Origin: a virus
Reading direction: 5' to 3' (one strand)
Virus record (IMG/VR): IMGVR_UViG_3300032242_000818
Location: 100,718-164,717 of that record
DNA length: 64,000 nt
This document shows, piece after piece, positions 1 to 9,483 of this stretch. The position numbers and the translations under genes are program-made. The notes below the pieces were generated by a model. It was not told the origin of the DNA. It did not search any database and was given only the letters and a program-made list of their open reading frames with translations. Positions within the stretch are counted from its first letter, which is position 1. Every line of letters begins with the position of its first letter.

Positions 1-306
1 GCGTCTTAGAAATGCATAGTAAATAATTTGTGTAAAATAAGCAAAAGGATTACTAGACTTTGCTGGATCAAAGTTATCAATATACTGAATGCAGTTTTCA
101 ATTCCATCTAAAATCATATCATCACGATACGAGTAATTAATGAAGTTGGGTTTGTATGATAAGTGCGTTGCTATCTTTAAAATACATTCACCAATATAAT
201 TACTAATAACTGGCTTTGGTAAACCATTCTCTTCAGCATGTTTAACTTTTTCTTTCATCTCAACGATTGCTGCGAGAAAGTCTTTATTGTTTACGTAATG
301 AGCCAT
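1..306 (-). CDS. gp55: Late transcription sigma factor gp55 (N-terminal part, runs off window; not in ORF track)
   Basis: Manual translation MAHYVNNKDFLAAIVE...YIGECILKIATHLSYKPNFINYSYRDDMILDGIENCIQYIDNFDPAKSSNPFAYFTQIIYYAFLRR is the typical gp55 signature. Confidence 0.95.
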   Translation of the reverse strand, partial: MAHYVNNKDFLAAIVEMKEKVKHAEENGLPKPVISNYIGECILKIATHLSYKPNFINYSYRDDMILDGIENCIQYIDNFDPAKSSNPFAYFTQIIYYAFLRR

Positions 307-344
307 AGCATTATTTGCTTCCTTAAAATTATCAACATATCCAT

Positions 345-373
345 AGTATACCTTATGTAATGATGAAAAGCAA
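345..373 (-). promoter_or_regulatory. Sigma70-like promoter for gp55
   Basis: TTGCTT-17 nt-TATACT on minus strand upstream of gp55 ATG. Confidence 0.6.
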
Positions 374-408
374 ACTCATTTGACTACGCATCTTGCAGTC
401 ATTTAAAT

Positions 409-437
409 TTGCCTTGTGTGCCGAACAGTTGTATAAT
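409..437 (+). promoter_or_regulatory. Sigma70-like promoter pointing antisense into the uvsY-uvsW operon
   Basis: TTGCCT-17 nt-TATAAT on plus strand. Confidence 0.5.
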
Positions 438-461
438 AACCATGTCGGGTTTGATATTGAG

Positions 462-911
462 TTAATGTTTAGTATCGTTTCCTTCAATGAACCAACCTTC
501 TGGTTCTGCTTTCTCTTCTCCAAGAACTTCCTCTAGTTCTTCTCCAAAGATATTCGCCAGCATCTTAATTCTCTTTCTGGCTTCTTCTGCAGTAATTCTT
601 TCTGCTTCTTGGACTTCCCCCTCTGCATTATGTTGCATAACAATTTTTTGATAGTGGGGAATCATAATCTCTTTCATTCGCTTAACAAAGATTATATTCT
701 TTTTATCTATATCAAAAACATTATCATCAGTAAATTGGCAATAAGGGTGGGCAGTTATATGCTCTTTACCTTCATTTATTATAGGAATCGTTTTGATTAT
801 CATTGGATCTAAGATTTGCATGTGAGTTGCGTCTTCTTGCTCCAACACACACATAAGTTGTTCACCAGTAGTAAGTTTCATAATAATATAAGATTCGTTA
901 CCAGTTAACAT
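462..911 (-). CDS. Conserved T4-like hypothetical protein (possible Sm-like fold) between uvsW and gp55
   Basis: IMKLTTGEQLMC N-terminal motif; position typical of cyanophage-like T4 relatives. Confidence 0.65.
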   Translation of the reverse strand: MLTGNESYIIMKLTTGEQLMCVLEQEDATHMQILDPMIIKTIPIINEGKEHITAHPYCQFTDDNVFDIDKKNIIFVKRMKEIMIPHYQKIVMQHNAEGEVQEAERITAEEARKRIKMLANIFGEELEEVLGEEKAEPEGWFIEGNDTKH

Positions 912-2380
912 AAGTCTACCTCAACCAGTTTAATTTTAAATTCTTCTTCAGCATAAGTTTTATATCGCTCAGCTGCATGATTTAAAGTATGATTCTTCCA
1001 TGATTTCCAATGCAGGTCATCAGCGAGGTCAAATAGATTACAAGTAGTTTTACCATCTTTCAAACGCAACCCACGACCAATACTTTGTAAGTTACGAATT
1101 TTACTTTTAGATGGCGACGCAAAAATAACATTCTCTAAAGAAGGTATATTAATACCAGTAGAGAAAGTTCCGAAAGAAGCAATAATAATAGCATCTGATT
1201 CGCCTTCAGTTATATGACGAATTGCTTCTCTATCTGTAGTCTCAGTTCCACCATAAACAAAGAAAACTTTTCTTTTATCATGGACTTTATTTTTAATAAG
1301 TTCGTAAAGAACTTTACCGTGCTTTTCAACGTATTGAAAAAGGACTAGCGTATTACCTTTAGAATTTACTGCCAAGTTTCGGATAAATTTATTTCTTGGT
1401 TCACAAGAAACTAGCCAATCCATTTCTTCTTGGTACGTTTTATTTTTACGCTCTTTACGAATTTCTTCATTATACTTTAATAGTACACACATTATATTTA
1501 GTTCAGCAAGTTTCCCACTATCCATTAACTTCTTGGTAGTAGTAACTCTATGCACTGGACCAAACATACCTTCAAGCACTAATTTATGGATCTTCTTATT
1601 ATCTAATGTTCCCGTGGTGCCAATGCGGTAGCGGATCTTATCCATCTTTTCCATAACTGTGGTAAGAGACTTTGCTTTAAATTGATGCGCTTCATCACCA
1701 AAAACAACATTGAATTGAGCAAACCAAGATTTAGGTTGTAGATAAACCGATTGCCAAGTTGTAATTAAAACTTCTTTGGTAAAGTCTTTAGAGAATCCTG
1801 CATATAATTTTTGACAGTGTTCCTGTGTTGACCAACCATTTACCTTTGAGTAATCTTCAAAGTCAGTATATAATTGTTCAACCAGTGAAGTTGTTGGCAC
1901 TATAATAATACATTTACGTCCTTCGCTTAAATGCCAACGCATAATAGAATAAATGATAAATGACTTACCAGAAGCAGTTGGTGATAATAAAAGTGTGCGT
2001 TCTTTAGATAAAGCAGTTGTCATTGCTTCTATTTGATAATCGCGAATCTCAATTTTTTCTGGTAACTCTAATACCTTTACAAACTCTTCTAAATCAGAAG
2101 TTGTTAAAACATTAATATTTGATACAGTATTTACATATTCAACAGCATAACCATTAGTTGTTGCAAAATGTTCAACGTAAGAAACTAAACCAAGATAAAG
2201 TGTTTTACGTATACCATCGTATAAGCGAACCTTACCATCCCAAAGACGTGCTCTAAACTGAGGTGTAAACCTAGCACCTGGATATTCATATGTAAAGAAG
2301 TCTGCTAGTTCTTTCTCAACGCTTGGGTCAGAAAATACACGAACATAAACTTCATCAAGTTTTTCAATTTTTAAAATCAT
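905..2380 (-). CDS. uvsW: UvsW SF2 RNA-DNA/DNA-DNA helicase
   Basis: SPTASGKS Walker A, DEAH, QSIGRGLR motif VI; likely start MILKIEK coupled to uvsY stop (TGATG). Confidence 0.95.
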   Translation of the reverse strand: MILKIEKLDEVYVRVFSDPSVEKELADFFTYEYPGARFTPQFRARLWDGKVRLYDGIRKTLYLGLVSYVEHFATTNGYAVEYVNTVSNINVLTTSDLEEFVKVLELPEKIEIRDYQIEAMTTALSKERTLLLSPTASGKSFIIYSIMRWHLSEGRKCIIIVPTTSLVEQLYTDFEDYSKVNGWSTQEHCQKLYAGFSKDFTKEVLITTWQSVYLQPKSWFAQFNVVFGDEAHQFKAKSLTTVMEKMDKIRYRIGTTGTLDNKKIHKLVLEGMFGPVHRVTTTKKLMDSGKLAELNIMCVLLKYNEEIRKERKNKTYQEEMDWLVSCEPRNKFIRNLAVNSKGNTLVLFQYVEKHGKVLYELIKNKVHDKRKVFFVYGGTETTDREAIRHITEGESDAIIIASFGTFSTGINIPSLENVIFASPSKSKIRNLQSIGRGLRLKDGKTTCNLFDLADDLHWKSWKNHTLNHAAERYKTYAEEEFKIKLVEVDLC

Positions 2381-2817
2381 CACATTCCAGCGAGGAACTT
2401 CTTCCATTCAACAGCAGTTTTAATCTGCCAGTCTCTTGCTTTAATTTGACCAAGAACTGACTCAAGGAAATATATCATTGTTTCTAGATAATCAATTTTT
2501 ATCTTTAAGGTATTTAGTTCAGTATCTCCCTGTAGAAATTCATCCATTTCATTCTTTAATGGCTTAACACCTTGCCATTGTTCCCATCCAAGTGTTGTTA
2601 ATTCTTCTCGTGATAATTCACCACGATACAAACGAAATTTATTTTTACGAAGGATGTTACAGTCAGAACTCAACTTAGTATGTTTGAGTTTGACATTGAC
2701 AAGTAGTTTTAAATACTTAGCGTGGAGTTTGGGGGTTGCTGTGGTTGTTTCACCAAGATAGTTATCATCTATCTGGCAATCAACATCCCACATATCTTGC
2801 AATTGTTCTATATTCAT
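2380..2817 (-). CDS. uvsY: Recombination mediator UvsY
   Basis: W..DCQIDD, PKLHAKYL, RDWQIKTAVEWKKF; adjacent to uvsW. Confidence 0.9.
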   Translation of the reverse strand: MNIEQLQDMWDVDCQIDDNYLGETTTATPKLHAKYLKLLVNVKLKHTKLSSDCNILRKNKFRLYRGELSREELTTLGWEQWQGVKPLKNEMDEFLQGDTELNTLKIKIDYLETMIYFLESVLGQIKARDWQIKTAVEWKKFLAGM

Positions 2818-2834
2818 AATAACCTCAAAATAAC

Positions 2835-2863
2835 ATTATACTACGAATCTGCAAAAAAGTCAA
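2835..2863 (-). promoter_or_regulatory. Sigma70-like early/middle promoter of uvsY
   Basis: TTGACT-17 nt-TATAAT, then GAGG RBS before uvsY ATG. Confidence 0.75.
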
Positions 2864-2868
2864 ATTAA

Positions 2869-3387
2869 TTATGCAAACTTGTAGTGTCCAAATTTAAATG
2901 TAGCACTACCAACCATGTAAGAAACATCATTGTTAGTAGAAGCAAATGTAAGAGTCTCTAGAGATGTTGGGAATAAATCATAAAATGTAACACTTCTAAT
3001 AGGATTATTATTAGAATCAAGAATTTGCAAAATACCATCAGAATAGTTTTTTGCCAATTCATCATATTGAACATTGTCACCAGAAAGTAATGTTGTATAC
3101 TGTTGATATGATTCAGGGAAACCTAAAGCAACAATCCAGTTATAGATGATGTTATAATTCAACATTTGTTCATCAATTAAGAATTGAACTTGCAATGGTT
3201 CATACGAAAGCGTATCTCCAGGCAATGGTTGCGTAGAGAATGGGGTTGAAAAACTTGGATCACCTAATGTAAGCCCAGGAAGACTTGCTTGCTGACAAAA
3301 GAATGTAACATTCGGAACCTTAGATATACTAAAGTTAAACCCATTAGGCGATAATGGGTTTAATCCAGCTGGAATAGAAATTGTCAT
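2869..3387 (-). CDS. gp3: Tail completion / sheath stabilizer gp3
   Basis: NPLSPNGFNF, FFCQQASLPG, FYDLFPTSL; position after gp23 and before uvsY. Confidence 0.88.
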   Translation of the reverse strand: MTISIPAGLNPLSPNGFNFSISKVPNVTFFCQQASLPGLTLGDPSFSTPFSTQPLPGDTLSYEPLQVQFLIDEQMLNYNIIYNWIVALGFPESYQQYTTLLSGDNVQYDELAKNYSDGILQILDSNNNPIRSVTFYDLFPTSLETLTFASTNNDVSYMVGSATFKFGHYKFA

Positions 3388-3527
3388 TATTTTTGTTGCG
3401 CAGAAGCTGCAATATCAGAATCAGGATTATTTTGATTGTGCTCTTCAGTATCAACAGTATGGTGCTCATCCCCTTCTGGTGGGGTTAATGGTGTTAATTC
3501 TGCTGCAGGTTTTGTTGAAATTGGCAT
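3387..3527 (-). CDS. 46-aa acidic small protein MPISTKPAAELTPLTPPEGDEHHTVDTEEHNQNNPDSDIAASAQQK (not in ORF track)
   Basis: AAGGAG RBS, upstream CTAAATA late promoter, TAATG stop/start coupling to gp3. Confidence 0.7.
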   Translation of the reverse strand: MPISTKPAAELTPLTPPEGDEHHTVDTEEHNQNNPDSDIAASAQQK

Positions 3528-3556
3528 TTTAAACTCCTTTGAGTAGGTTATTTTAT

Positions 3557-3563
3557 TATTTAG
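3557..3563 (-). promoter_or_regulatory. T4-type late promoter (CTAAATA)
   Basis: Variant of TATAAATA immediately after the gp23 terminator. Confidence 0.65.
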
Positions 3564-3567
3564 GAAG

Positions 3568-3596
3568 AAAAAAAGGGGAACCGAAGTCCCCCTTTT
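3568..3596 (-). terminator. Rho-independent terminator after gp23
   Basis: GGGGA-cUUCGg-TTCCCC stem-loop followed by U8. Confidence 0.9.
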
Positions 3597-3636
3597 AAAT
3601 ACCGCTTCTATGTCGGCTTAGTAGCCAACTCGATGA

Positions 3637-4917
3637 TTACATCAAGTTAGTAACTTTTACGCGACGGTAGTAGTAGTTCTCGTTAGCAGTTAGACCGCCA
3701 GTACCATCCAATGAAACGAATGGGTTAGCAACCATGCCATAACGAGTCTTGAAACCAATCTTTGGTTGGAAGCTGTTAGGATCAACAGCACGAACCATTT
3801 GTAGAGGTACGTATGGGCAGTAGAACAAACCAGCGTCAAAAGCTGATTGACCTTTGTAACCAACTACGAAGAATTGGTTAGCAGACACGTTTGCAGAATA
3901 TGGATCAACATAAACTTTATACTTGCCATTTAGAACACCAGCGAAAGTAGTGCTTGTATCATCAACAGTTAGATTGTTCTTTCCAGATAGACCAGATTGA
4001 TAATCCAACACACCAGCCATTGCTAGAGCAGAAGCAACGTCAGCTGAAGTGATGATAAAGTTACCACGACCACGACGAGTTTGTTGACCGATAGCATTGG
4101 CTTCACGTTCGATTTGGAACATTAGACCTTTGAATTTCTCAACAGACCAACGACCATTAGAGTCAACGTCTAGGTCAAAAGTACCAGCAGTAGCAGTACC
4201 AACTTGAGCACCTGGCTTAGCAGTAGTGTAAACTGTACGAACAACTTCACGGTTGATCTCAGCAAGAATCTCAGTAGAAAGAATGTTGCTTAGTTCGCCT
4301 TCAGCGTCAAGACCATGAACAGCCTTCAAGTCTTGTGCTAGTTCAACTGAGTATTCAGCTTTCAAAGCACGAGTCTTAGCAGTTACAGAAGTCTTTTCGA
4401 TTGAGAAAGCCATTTGACCGAAAGAACCGTCACCAGTTCCGCCTTGGCCAAGACGTTCAGCTGCAGCAGTAGTAATACCAGTACCAGTAGTTACGTCACC
4501 ACCAGCAACAGTACCACCTTGAGTACCAGTACCAGCCTTAGTAGTATCGGCTTCGTTGAACAATGCCTCAGTACCACCTTGTGTAGAGTAGCGTGACTTC
4601 ATTGCGAAAATCAAGCCAGTTGGCTGAGTCATTGGTTGTACACCAGCGATATCATAAGCGATAAGTTGTGGCATTGCACGACGTACCAATGAGATCAATA
4701 CTGGGTCAAACTTAGCGATACCGCCAGTGTCACCATAAGAGCCAACAGCGTTAGTAGGAGCAGCTTCGAAAAGTGCTTCTTGTTGTTTGCCCATTTCGCG
4801 TTCTTGGTTTTCTAGAAGAACGGCAGTTACTTCACGCTTGTATGCGCTGTCGATTGGAGCAGAGCCTTCGTGATTTAACACTGGTGCCCATTTTTCCATT
4901 AATTGTTTGCGATCCAT
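3637..4917 (-). CDS. gp23: Major capsid protein gp23
   Basis: KWAPVL, GVQPMTQPTGLIFAM, KTRALKAEYSVELAQDLKAVHGLDAE, FQPKIGFKTRYG. Confidence 0.99.
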   Translation of the reverse strand: MDRKQLMEKWAPVLNHEGSAPIDSAYKREVTAVLLENQEREMGKQQEALFEAAPTNAVGSYGDTGGIAKFDPVLISLVRRAMPQLIAYDIAGVQPMTQPTGLIFAMKSRYSTQGGTEALFNEADTTKAGTGTQGGTVAGGDVTTGTGITTAAAERLGQGGTGDGSFGQMAFSIEKTSVTAKTRALKAEYSVELAQDLKAVHGLDAEGELSNILSTEILAEINREVVRTVYTTAKPGAQVGTATAGTFDLDVDSNGRWSVEKFKGLMFQIEREANAIGQQTRRGRGNFIITSADVASALAMAGVLDYQSGLSGKNNLTVDDTSTTFAGVLNGKYKVYVDPYSANVSANQFFVVGYKGQSAFDAGLFYCPYVPLQMVRAVDPNSFQPKIGFKTRYGMVANPFVSLDGTGGLTANENYYYRRVKVTNLM

Positions 4918-4938
4918 TTTGGATTTCCTTTTAAAAAT

Positions 4939-5958
4939 TTATTTGTTGTTGAGTACTGATAGGTATGCAGACATTTTAGCATCTACAACTTTTGATCCAG
5001 CTTCAGTGATAACTTCAACTGGAGTATCAGTTACAACAGATGTTACACCTGATGTAGTTTTAGTAGTGAAATAAGATTCACGTAAAGTCTTGACTTTAGT
5101 TTCATAAGTTTCAGCGTCTTCGAAAGCAACTTCAGCAACTAGACCAGCAAACTTTTCAGCTTCTGTATCAGTCAAACCTTCGCTAACTGTCTTAACAACT
5201 TCGCTTCGTTTTGCTTCATTGATAGATTTTGTCAATTCAATGTTAGCAGCAACTTGTTCATCAATCTTAGATTTAAGTGCACTGATCTGGTCTTCCATGT
5301 CGCCAAGTAGGTCATACTTTTCTTCAGGAACATCAATATAGTGTTCTTCGAATAGTCCTTTCAGACCATCAACGAAACTTTCTAAAATGTCAGACTTAAT
5401 ACCACGCTCAAGGGCAATTTCATTCTGTGTCATCCACTGCTCAGCAATATAGCCGAGGTATCCATCAACTTGCTCAACAATACCCTCAATTTCTTCAGCA
5501 ACAGTAGTAGCTACTTTTGCTTCGAACTCTTCTTCTAAACGTGCAACTTCAGCAGTTACACGGGACATAACTGCAGATTCAAAAATCGTAGCAGCTTTAG
5601 TCTTGAATTCTTCTGAAAGTTCATCAGTGCCAAACATAGCATCTAGATCTTCTTTCATACCTTTAACAGCATTACCATTACGCACTGGCTTTTGATCACC
5701 ATTGTGTGGGTTCATAGAACCAGTAGGTGCATCTTCTGCATCCTTTTCGTCAGTAACATTGTTACGTGCATTATCTGGGTTTGGTGTTTCGCCACCATTT
5801 GGTACAGCGTTACCTTGGCGAATTGGTTCTTTATCGCCACCTGCAGAATTTGCAGTAACGTCTTTTTTACCTGTTTCAGCGCCAGCCAATTTGGCTTCGT
5901 CTAATTGCTTTGCTTTAGACTCTGCTAAAATTTCAGCGATTTTTTGTTCGATTGACAT
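4939..5958 (-). CDS. gp22: Prohead core scaffold gp22
   Basis: LSEEFKTKAATIFESAV, VDGYLGYIAEQW, LRESYF; upstream of gp23. Confidence 0.93.
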   Translation of the reverse strand: MSIEQKIAEILAESKAKQLDEAKLAGAETGKKDVTANSAGGDKEPIRQGNAVPNGGETPNPDNARNNVTDEKDAEDAPTGSMNPHNGDQKPVRNGNAVKGMKEDLDAMFGTDELSEEFKTKAATIFESAVMSRVTAEVARLEEEFEAKVATTVAEEIEGIVEQVDGYLGYIAEQWMTQNEIALERGIKSDILESFVDGLKGLFEEHYIDVPEEKYDLLGDMEDQISALKSKIDEQVAANIELTKSINEAKRSEVVKTVSEGLTDTEAEKFAGLVAEVAFEDAETYETKVKTLRESYFTTKTTSGVTSVVTDTPVEVITEAGSKVVDAKMSAYLSVLNNK

Positions 5959-5986
5959 CTTTGTTCTCCTAACTGGATAGTTCTGT

Positions 5987-5997
5987 TATTTATTTAT
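5987..5997 (-). promoter_or_regulatory. Late promoter (tandem ATAAATA) for gp22-gp23
   Basis: ATAAATAAATA in gp21/gp22 gap, followed by AGGAG RBS. Confidence 0.65.
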
Positions 5998-6000
5998 TAA

Positions 6001-6654
6001 TTATCTGATTTTACTCAGAAAGTGTTGGAAAGCCTTAATCTTTGCTTCCTCTAGATTTCTAGAAGAAGTTTTCTTAATGAAAGATTTTACCTCTTCAATG
6101 TTTTGTTCCACAAACTTTCCATCAACAAATGTCCATTCCTTACCTTCCATAATGCCACGTACGTAAGCATCAGGGGCTGAAGGATCAGCAACGATATCAG
6201 CTGCAGTAGACAGCATGAAGTCGTCTTGAACAACTTGTACACCTTCGTTATTAGTCTTAAGTGAACCCATTGCTCTTGAAGAAACACCAAGGTTTGCGCC
6301 ACCTTCTAAAAGACCTCTAGCGATTTGACCCATTGGAGTTTCTAAAATCTTGGCACGACCAATATAGTTCGTACCTTCTTTGCGTAAAGAAGTAATCATA
6401 TGTGATACACGATCAAGATTAATACCTGGACCTTCTGGGTGACCAAGTTCACCATATGCGCGATTATTCTCTACAGCTTCTTTAATGTAACGACCAACTT
6501 CACGATCCATTGTACTTTCTTTATACATGCGACCATTGCGGTTAGTAATTTCTGATTGAAGGAAAACACCTTCAATAAAATATTGCTTTGGCTTACCTAA
6601 TTTCTCTTCAACGATTATATTAGTAGTATCAAAGACTTCTCTAATTAGTTTCAT
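6001..6654 (-). CDS. gp21: Prohead protease gp21
   Basis: IEGVFLQ, GELGHP, GVSSRAMGS, DIVADPSAPDA. Confidence 0.97.
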   Translation of the reverse strand: MKLIREVFDTTNIIVEEKLGKPKQYFIEGVFLQSEITNRNGRMYKESTMDREVGRYIKEAVENNRAYGELGHPEGPGINLDRVSHMITSLRKEGTNYIGRAKILETPMGQIARGLLEGGANLGVSSRAMGSLKTNNEGVQVVQDDFMLSTAADIVADPSAPDAYVRGIMEGKEWTFVDGKFVEQNIEEVKSFIKKTSSRNLEEAKIKAFQHFLSKIR

Positions 6655-6656
6655 AG

Positions 6657-7121
6657 TTAGACCTTATCTGGAGAACCACTAACAGTGGTAGAAGCACCAA
6701 CACGAGTAACGTCGTCGTAAGCACCATAAGTAGCAGGCTCAACTTTAGTATCCCAACCAGCTAATTTACGTAGAACTAGATAACCAGTTGACGCAGCACC
6801 TGTTGTAGTGATAACGATATTTTGAGTATTCTGAATGCCATCACTAATACCATTTTGAGTTAAATCTAATACTGGAGCATTTTCAGGCGCAGCTGCTAGA
6901 ATAGAAACACCATTTCTTACAATTTGTACGCCAGAAGTTAATAAACCCATTGAAATAAACTTAACAATGTTTACTGTTGGAGTATCAGAATTTCTTGCTT
7001 GAGTAGTAGCAGCTAGTGTAGAGATATCAATAGTTGCAGCAGTATCAGTTGAACTACCTTCATACTTAATGATAGTCTCTTGGTTAGTATTTCTAATTAT
7101 TGTGGTTCTAGTAGCAGCCAT
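6657..7121 (-). CDS. Hypothetical head-region protein
   Basis: Clean ORF with RBS in the gp20-gp21 interval. Confidence 0.6.
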   Translation of the reverse strand: MAATRTTIIRNTNQETIIKYEGSSTDTAATIDISTLAATTQARNSDTPTVNIVKFISMGLLTSGVQIVRNGVSILAAAPENAPVLDLTQNGISDGIQNTQNIVITTTGAASTGYLVLRKLAGWDTKVEPATYGAYDDVTRVGASTTVSGSPDKV

Positions 7122-7123
7122 CT

Positions 7124-7669
7124 TTATTCCTCTATTTGTTCAAGCACATGAAAGAAGTTCTCTTTTGACTCTCTCATATACTCGACTATTTCTTTTTGAT
7201 TATTCAATAACTTATTTAGGATATCTTGCGTATCTTCATTTATTGCAACAGTAGAGTTGTCTGCAAGAATATAATGTAATTTACCTTCAACGATTCTATC
7301 AAGTTTATTCAAAGAACGAATTTTATGAACGACTGGATCAACACTAAACATATTTGAAGAAGCAAGTTCTACGTATGATTCTATTAATGTATCAGTAACT
7401 TTAATATCGTGATGTTCTTTAATAATACTAGCCACTGTATGTTCTGAAATTTCTTGATAAGTGTCTTTTGCTATTTTATCAGCCAGTTGATGTGTATCGT
7501 AATTTTCTTTAATATATTTTCTTGCTTCTTCAATCGTTTTAAATTTAGCGTCTAAACCATTAATTAAAATCTTACCTTCGTCAGTTTTTTCAATTAACTG
7601 GCGATAAGATCTAACACTTTCAACAATGTTAGATTTTTTAAGAAAAGATTTTAATTCGTAGTATTTCAT
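7124..7669 (-). CDS. Hypothetical prohead-region protein
   Basis: ORF in gp20-gp21 interval with ATGA overlap to the upstream gene. Confidence 0.6.
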   Translation of the reverse strand: MKYYELKSFLKKSNIVESVRSYRQLIEKTDEGKILINGLDAKFKTIEEARKYIKENYDTHQLADKIAKDTYQEISEHTVASIIKEHHDIKVTDTLIESYVELASSNMFSVDPVVHKIRSLNKLDRIVEGKLHYILADNSTVAINEDTQDILNKLLNNQKEIVEYMRESKENFFHVLEQIEE

Positions 7670-7857
7670 TCTTCTGAATTATTTGGCTCTTCAACTGTTA
7701 TATCTGGTTGTTTAAACATGCTTTGTGCAACAGCAGTATGCATGTCTTCTAAACGTGCTGCAATTTTTTCAGCCATAGCTGCATTAAAAGCATCTTCAAT
7801 TCCAGTAGCATCTTTATTGACAATTGCTGAAACTAAATCTAAAGTATGTTCACTCAT
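7666..7857 (-). CDS. Small prohead core protein (gp67-like by position)
   Basis: Small acidic helical ORF right after the portal, AGGAG RBS. Confidence 0.6.
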   Translation of the reverse strand: MSEHTLDLVSAIVNKDATGIEDAFNAAMAEKIAARLEDMHTAVAQSMFKQPDITVEEPNNSEE

Positions 7858-7866
7858 AATATCTCC

Positions 7867-9456
7867 TTATTGACCAGCAGGTTTTGGTGCATCAGCAGTT
7901 GGTGCTTCAACAGCCTGTGGCGCATTTGCTTGTAAAAAATTCTGTTGGGCAGCTTGGGTAACACCAGCAAGTTGTCCAGTACGTTCTGCATCGCTTACAT
8001 GGTATTCTTCATCTTGATCCATCTGACTTTGCATTTCTTCAATTTCATCCTCAGTCTGCATAAGAACATTTTTCTTAACCCAGTCCATTGAATAAAATTT
8101 ACCAAGATATGGTTCAATTAATTGTAAAGCATTTAAACGACCCATCAACACTTCATTATCTTTTAACTCAGCGTAATGATTATCGATTACGTAGTTATAA
8201 CGAATGTCTTGTTTAATTAATTCCCAGTCCTCTGGGCGCATAATATTTTTAGCGATTAACTGAACACGCAATGCGTCAGTAAATATATGACTAAACTTTT
8301 GACGGAGTCTTACAATAAACTTATTAAACTTAACCTCATCACGACTAATTTCTTGTGCACGACCAATACTAAAACCACCTTCTTGCTGAAGACGACCAAT
8401 TGGTACATTTAGAGCACGATATAATTTTTGCTGGAAGTATTCAATATCTTGGATCTCACCAAGATTTTGACCACCTGGAAGAGTAGTAATTTCAGTACCC
8501 TTACCACCTTCACGACGTGGCATCCAGAAGTCTTCCATCATTGACAAGTGGCGACGATCATCTCTGACCTCGCCTGTCGTTGCATCATAAACAATCTTAT
8601 TACGGAACTTGTTCATGATATCGTTTACGTATTGTTCTGCCTTAACCTTTGGCAAGTTACCTACGTCAACATAAAATATTCTACGCTCAGGTGCACGACT
8701 AATACGATAGATAACTAAACTATCTTCAATCATCTTCAACTGGTTTGTTGGCTTAATTGCTTTGTGCAAATAAGACATCATCATACCAGAGTTAGCATCT
8801 AGGAAACCAGATGGAACATAAACAACAGAATCAAGGGAGAGTTTAACACCTTGAGTTGTTTGTTCAGTAATACCTTTGTCATTGTAAAGATAGTATTCTT
8901 GTACTTCTTTAACAACCTCAACACCTTGAGGAGTTCTTGACTTAATTACATTTTTAATCCTACGAATCTTACGTGGATCAATGTAACGTAACTCAACAAT
9001 TCCTTGTTTTAAATTTTTTTCATCTAATAGAATATGAAAATATAAACGACCATCAACATACCAAGTTCTAAAGATCTCATGACCACGTTCTTGGAATTTT
9101 AATAGTTTAACTATCTCATCAAATTCAACACGAATTTTTTTCTTAATTGTTTCAGAAACATCAACATCATCTAAGTTAATAGTAACTGTTTGATCTTCTT
9201 CATCATAAACAATTGCTTCACTAACAATATCTTCAATTGCACCATCACAGTCACTGTAAGTAGCAACTTCACGATAACGACGGATTAGGTCGTTTTCGTT
9301 TTTAATTACACCATCTAAATCCATGACCATACCGTAGTAACCACCAGCATTTACGCCAGTGTTTACTACAGTCGATCCATCTTGAGGATTAGGCGCAACA
9401 ATACTGTCAATCGCACTATCCTTTTTTCTTAGGATTTCAAATCCAAATAATTGCAT
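7867..9456 (-). CDS. gp20: Portal vertex protein gp20
   Basis: LFGFEI, WYVDGR, YRISRAPERRIFYVDVGNLPK, EDFWMPRREGGKGTEITTLPGG. Confidence 0.99.
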   Translation of the reverse strand: MQLFGFEILRKKDSAIDSIVAPNPQDGSTVVNTGVNAGGYYGMVMDLDGVIKNENDLIRRYREVATYSDCDGAIEDIVSEAIVYDEEDQTVTINLDDVDVSETIKKKIRVEFDEIVKLLKFQERGHEIFRTWYVDGRLYFHILLDEKNLKQGIVELRYIDPRKIRRIKNVIKSRTPQGVEVVKEVQEYYLYNDKGITEQTTQGVKLSLDSVVYVPSGFLDANSGMMMSYLHKAIKPTNQLKMIEDSLVIYRISRAPERRIFYVDVGNLPKVKAEQYVNDIMNKFRNKIVYDATTGEVRDDRRHLSMMEDFWMPRREGGKGTEITTLPGGQNLGEIQDIEYFQQKLYRALNVPIGRLQQEGGFSIGRAQEISRDEVKFNKFIVRLRQKFSHIFTDALRVQLIAKNIMRPEDWELIKQDIRYNYVIDNHYAELKDNEVLMGRLNALQLIEPYLGKFYSMDWVKKNVLMQTEDEIEEMQSQMDQDEEYHVSDAERTGQLAGVTQAAQQNFLQANAPQAVEAPTADAPKPAGQ

Positions 9457-9483
9457 TATATAATACCTTCAGGTAAATTAATA

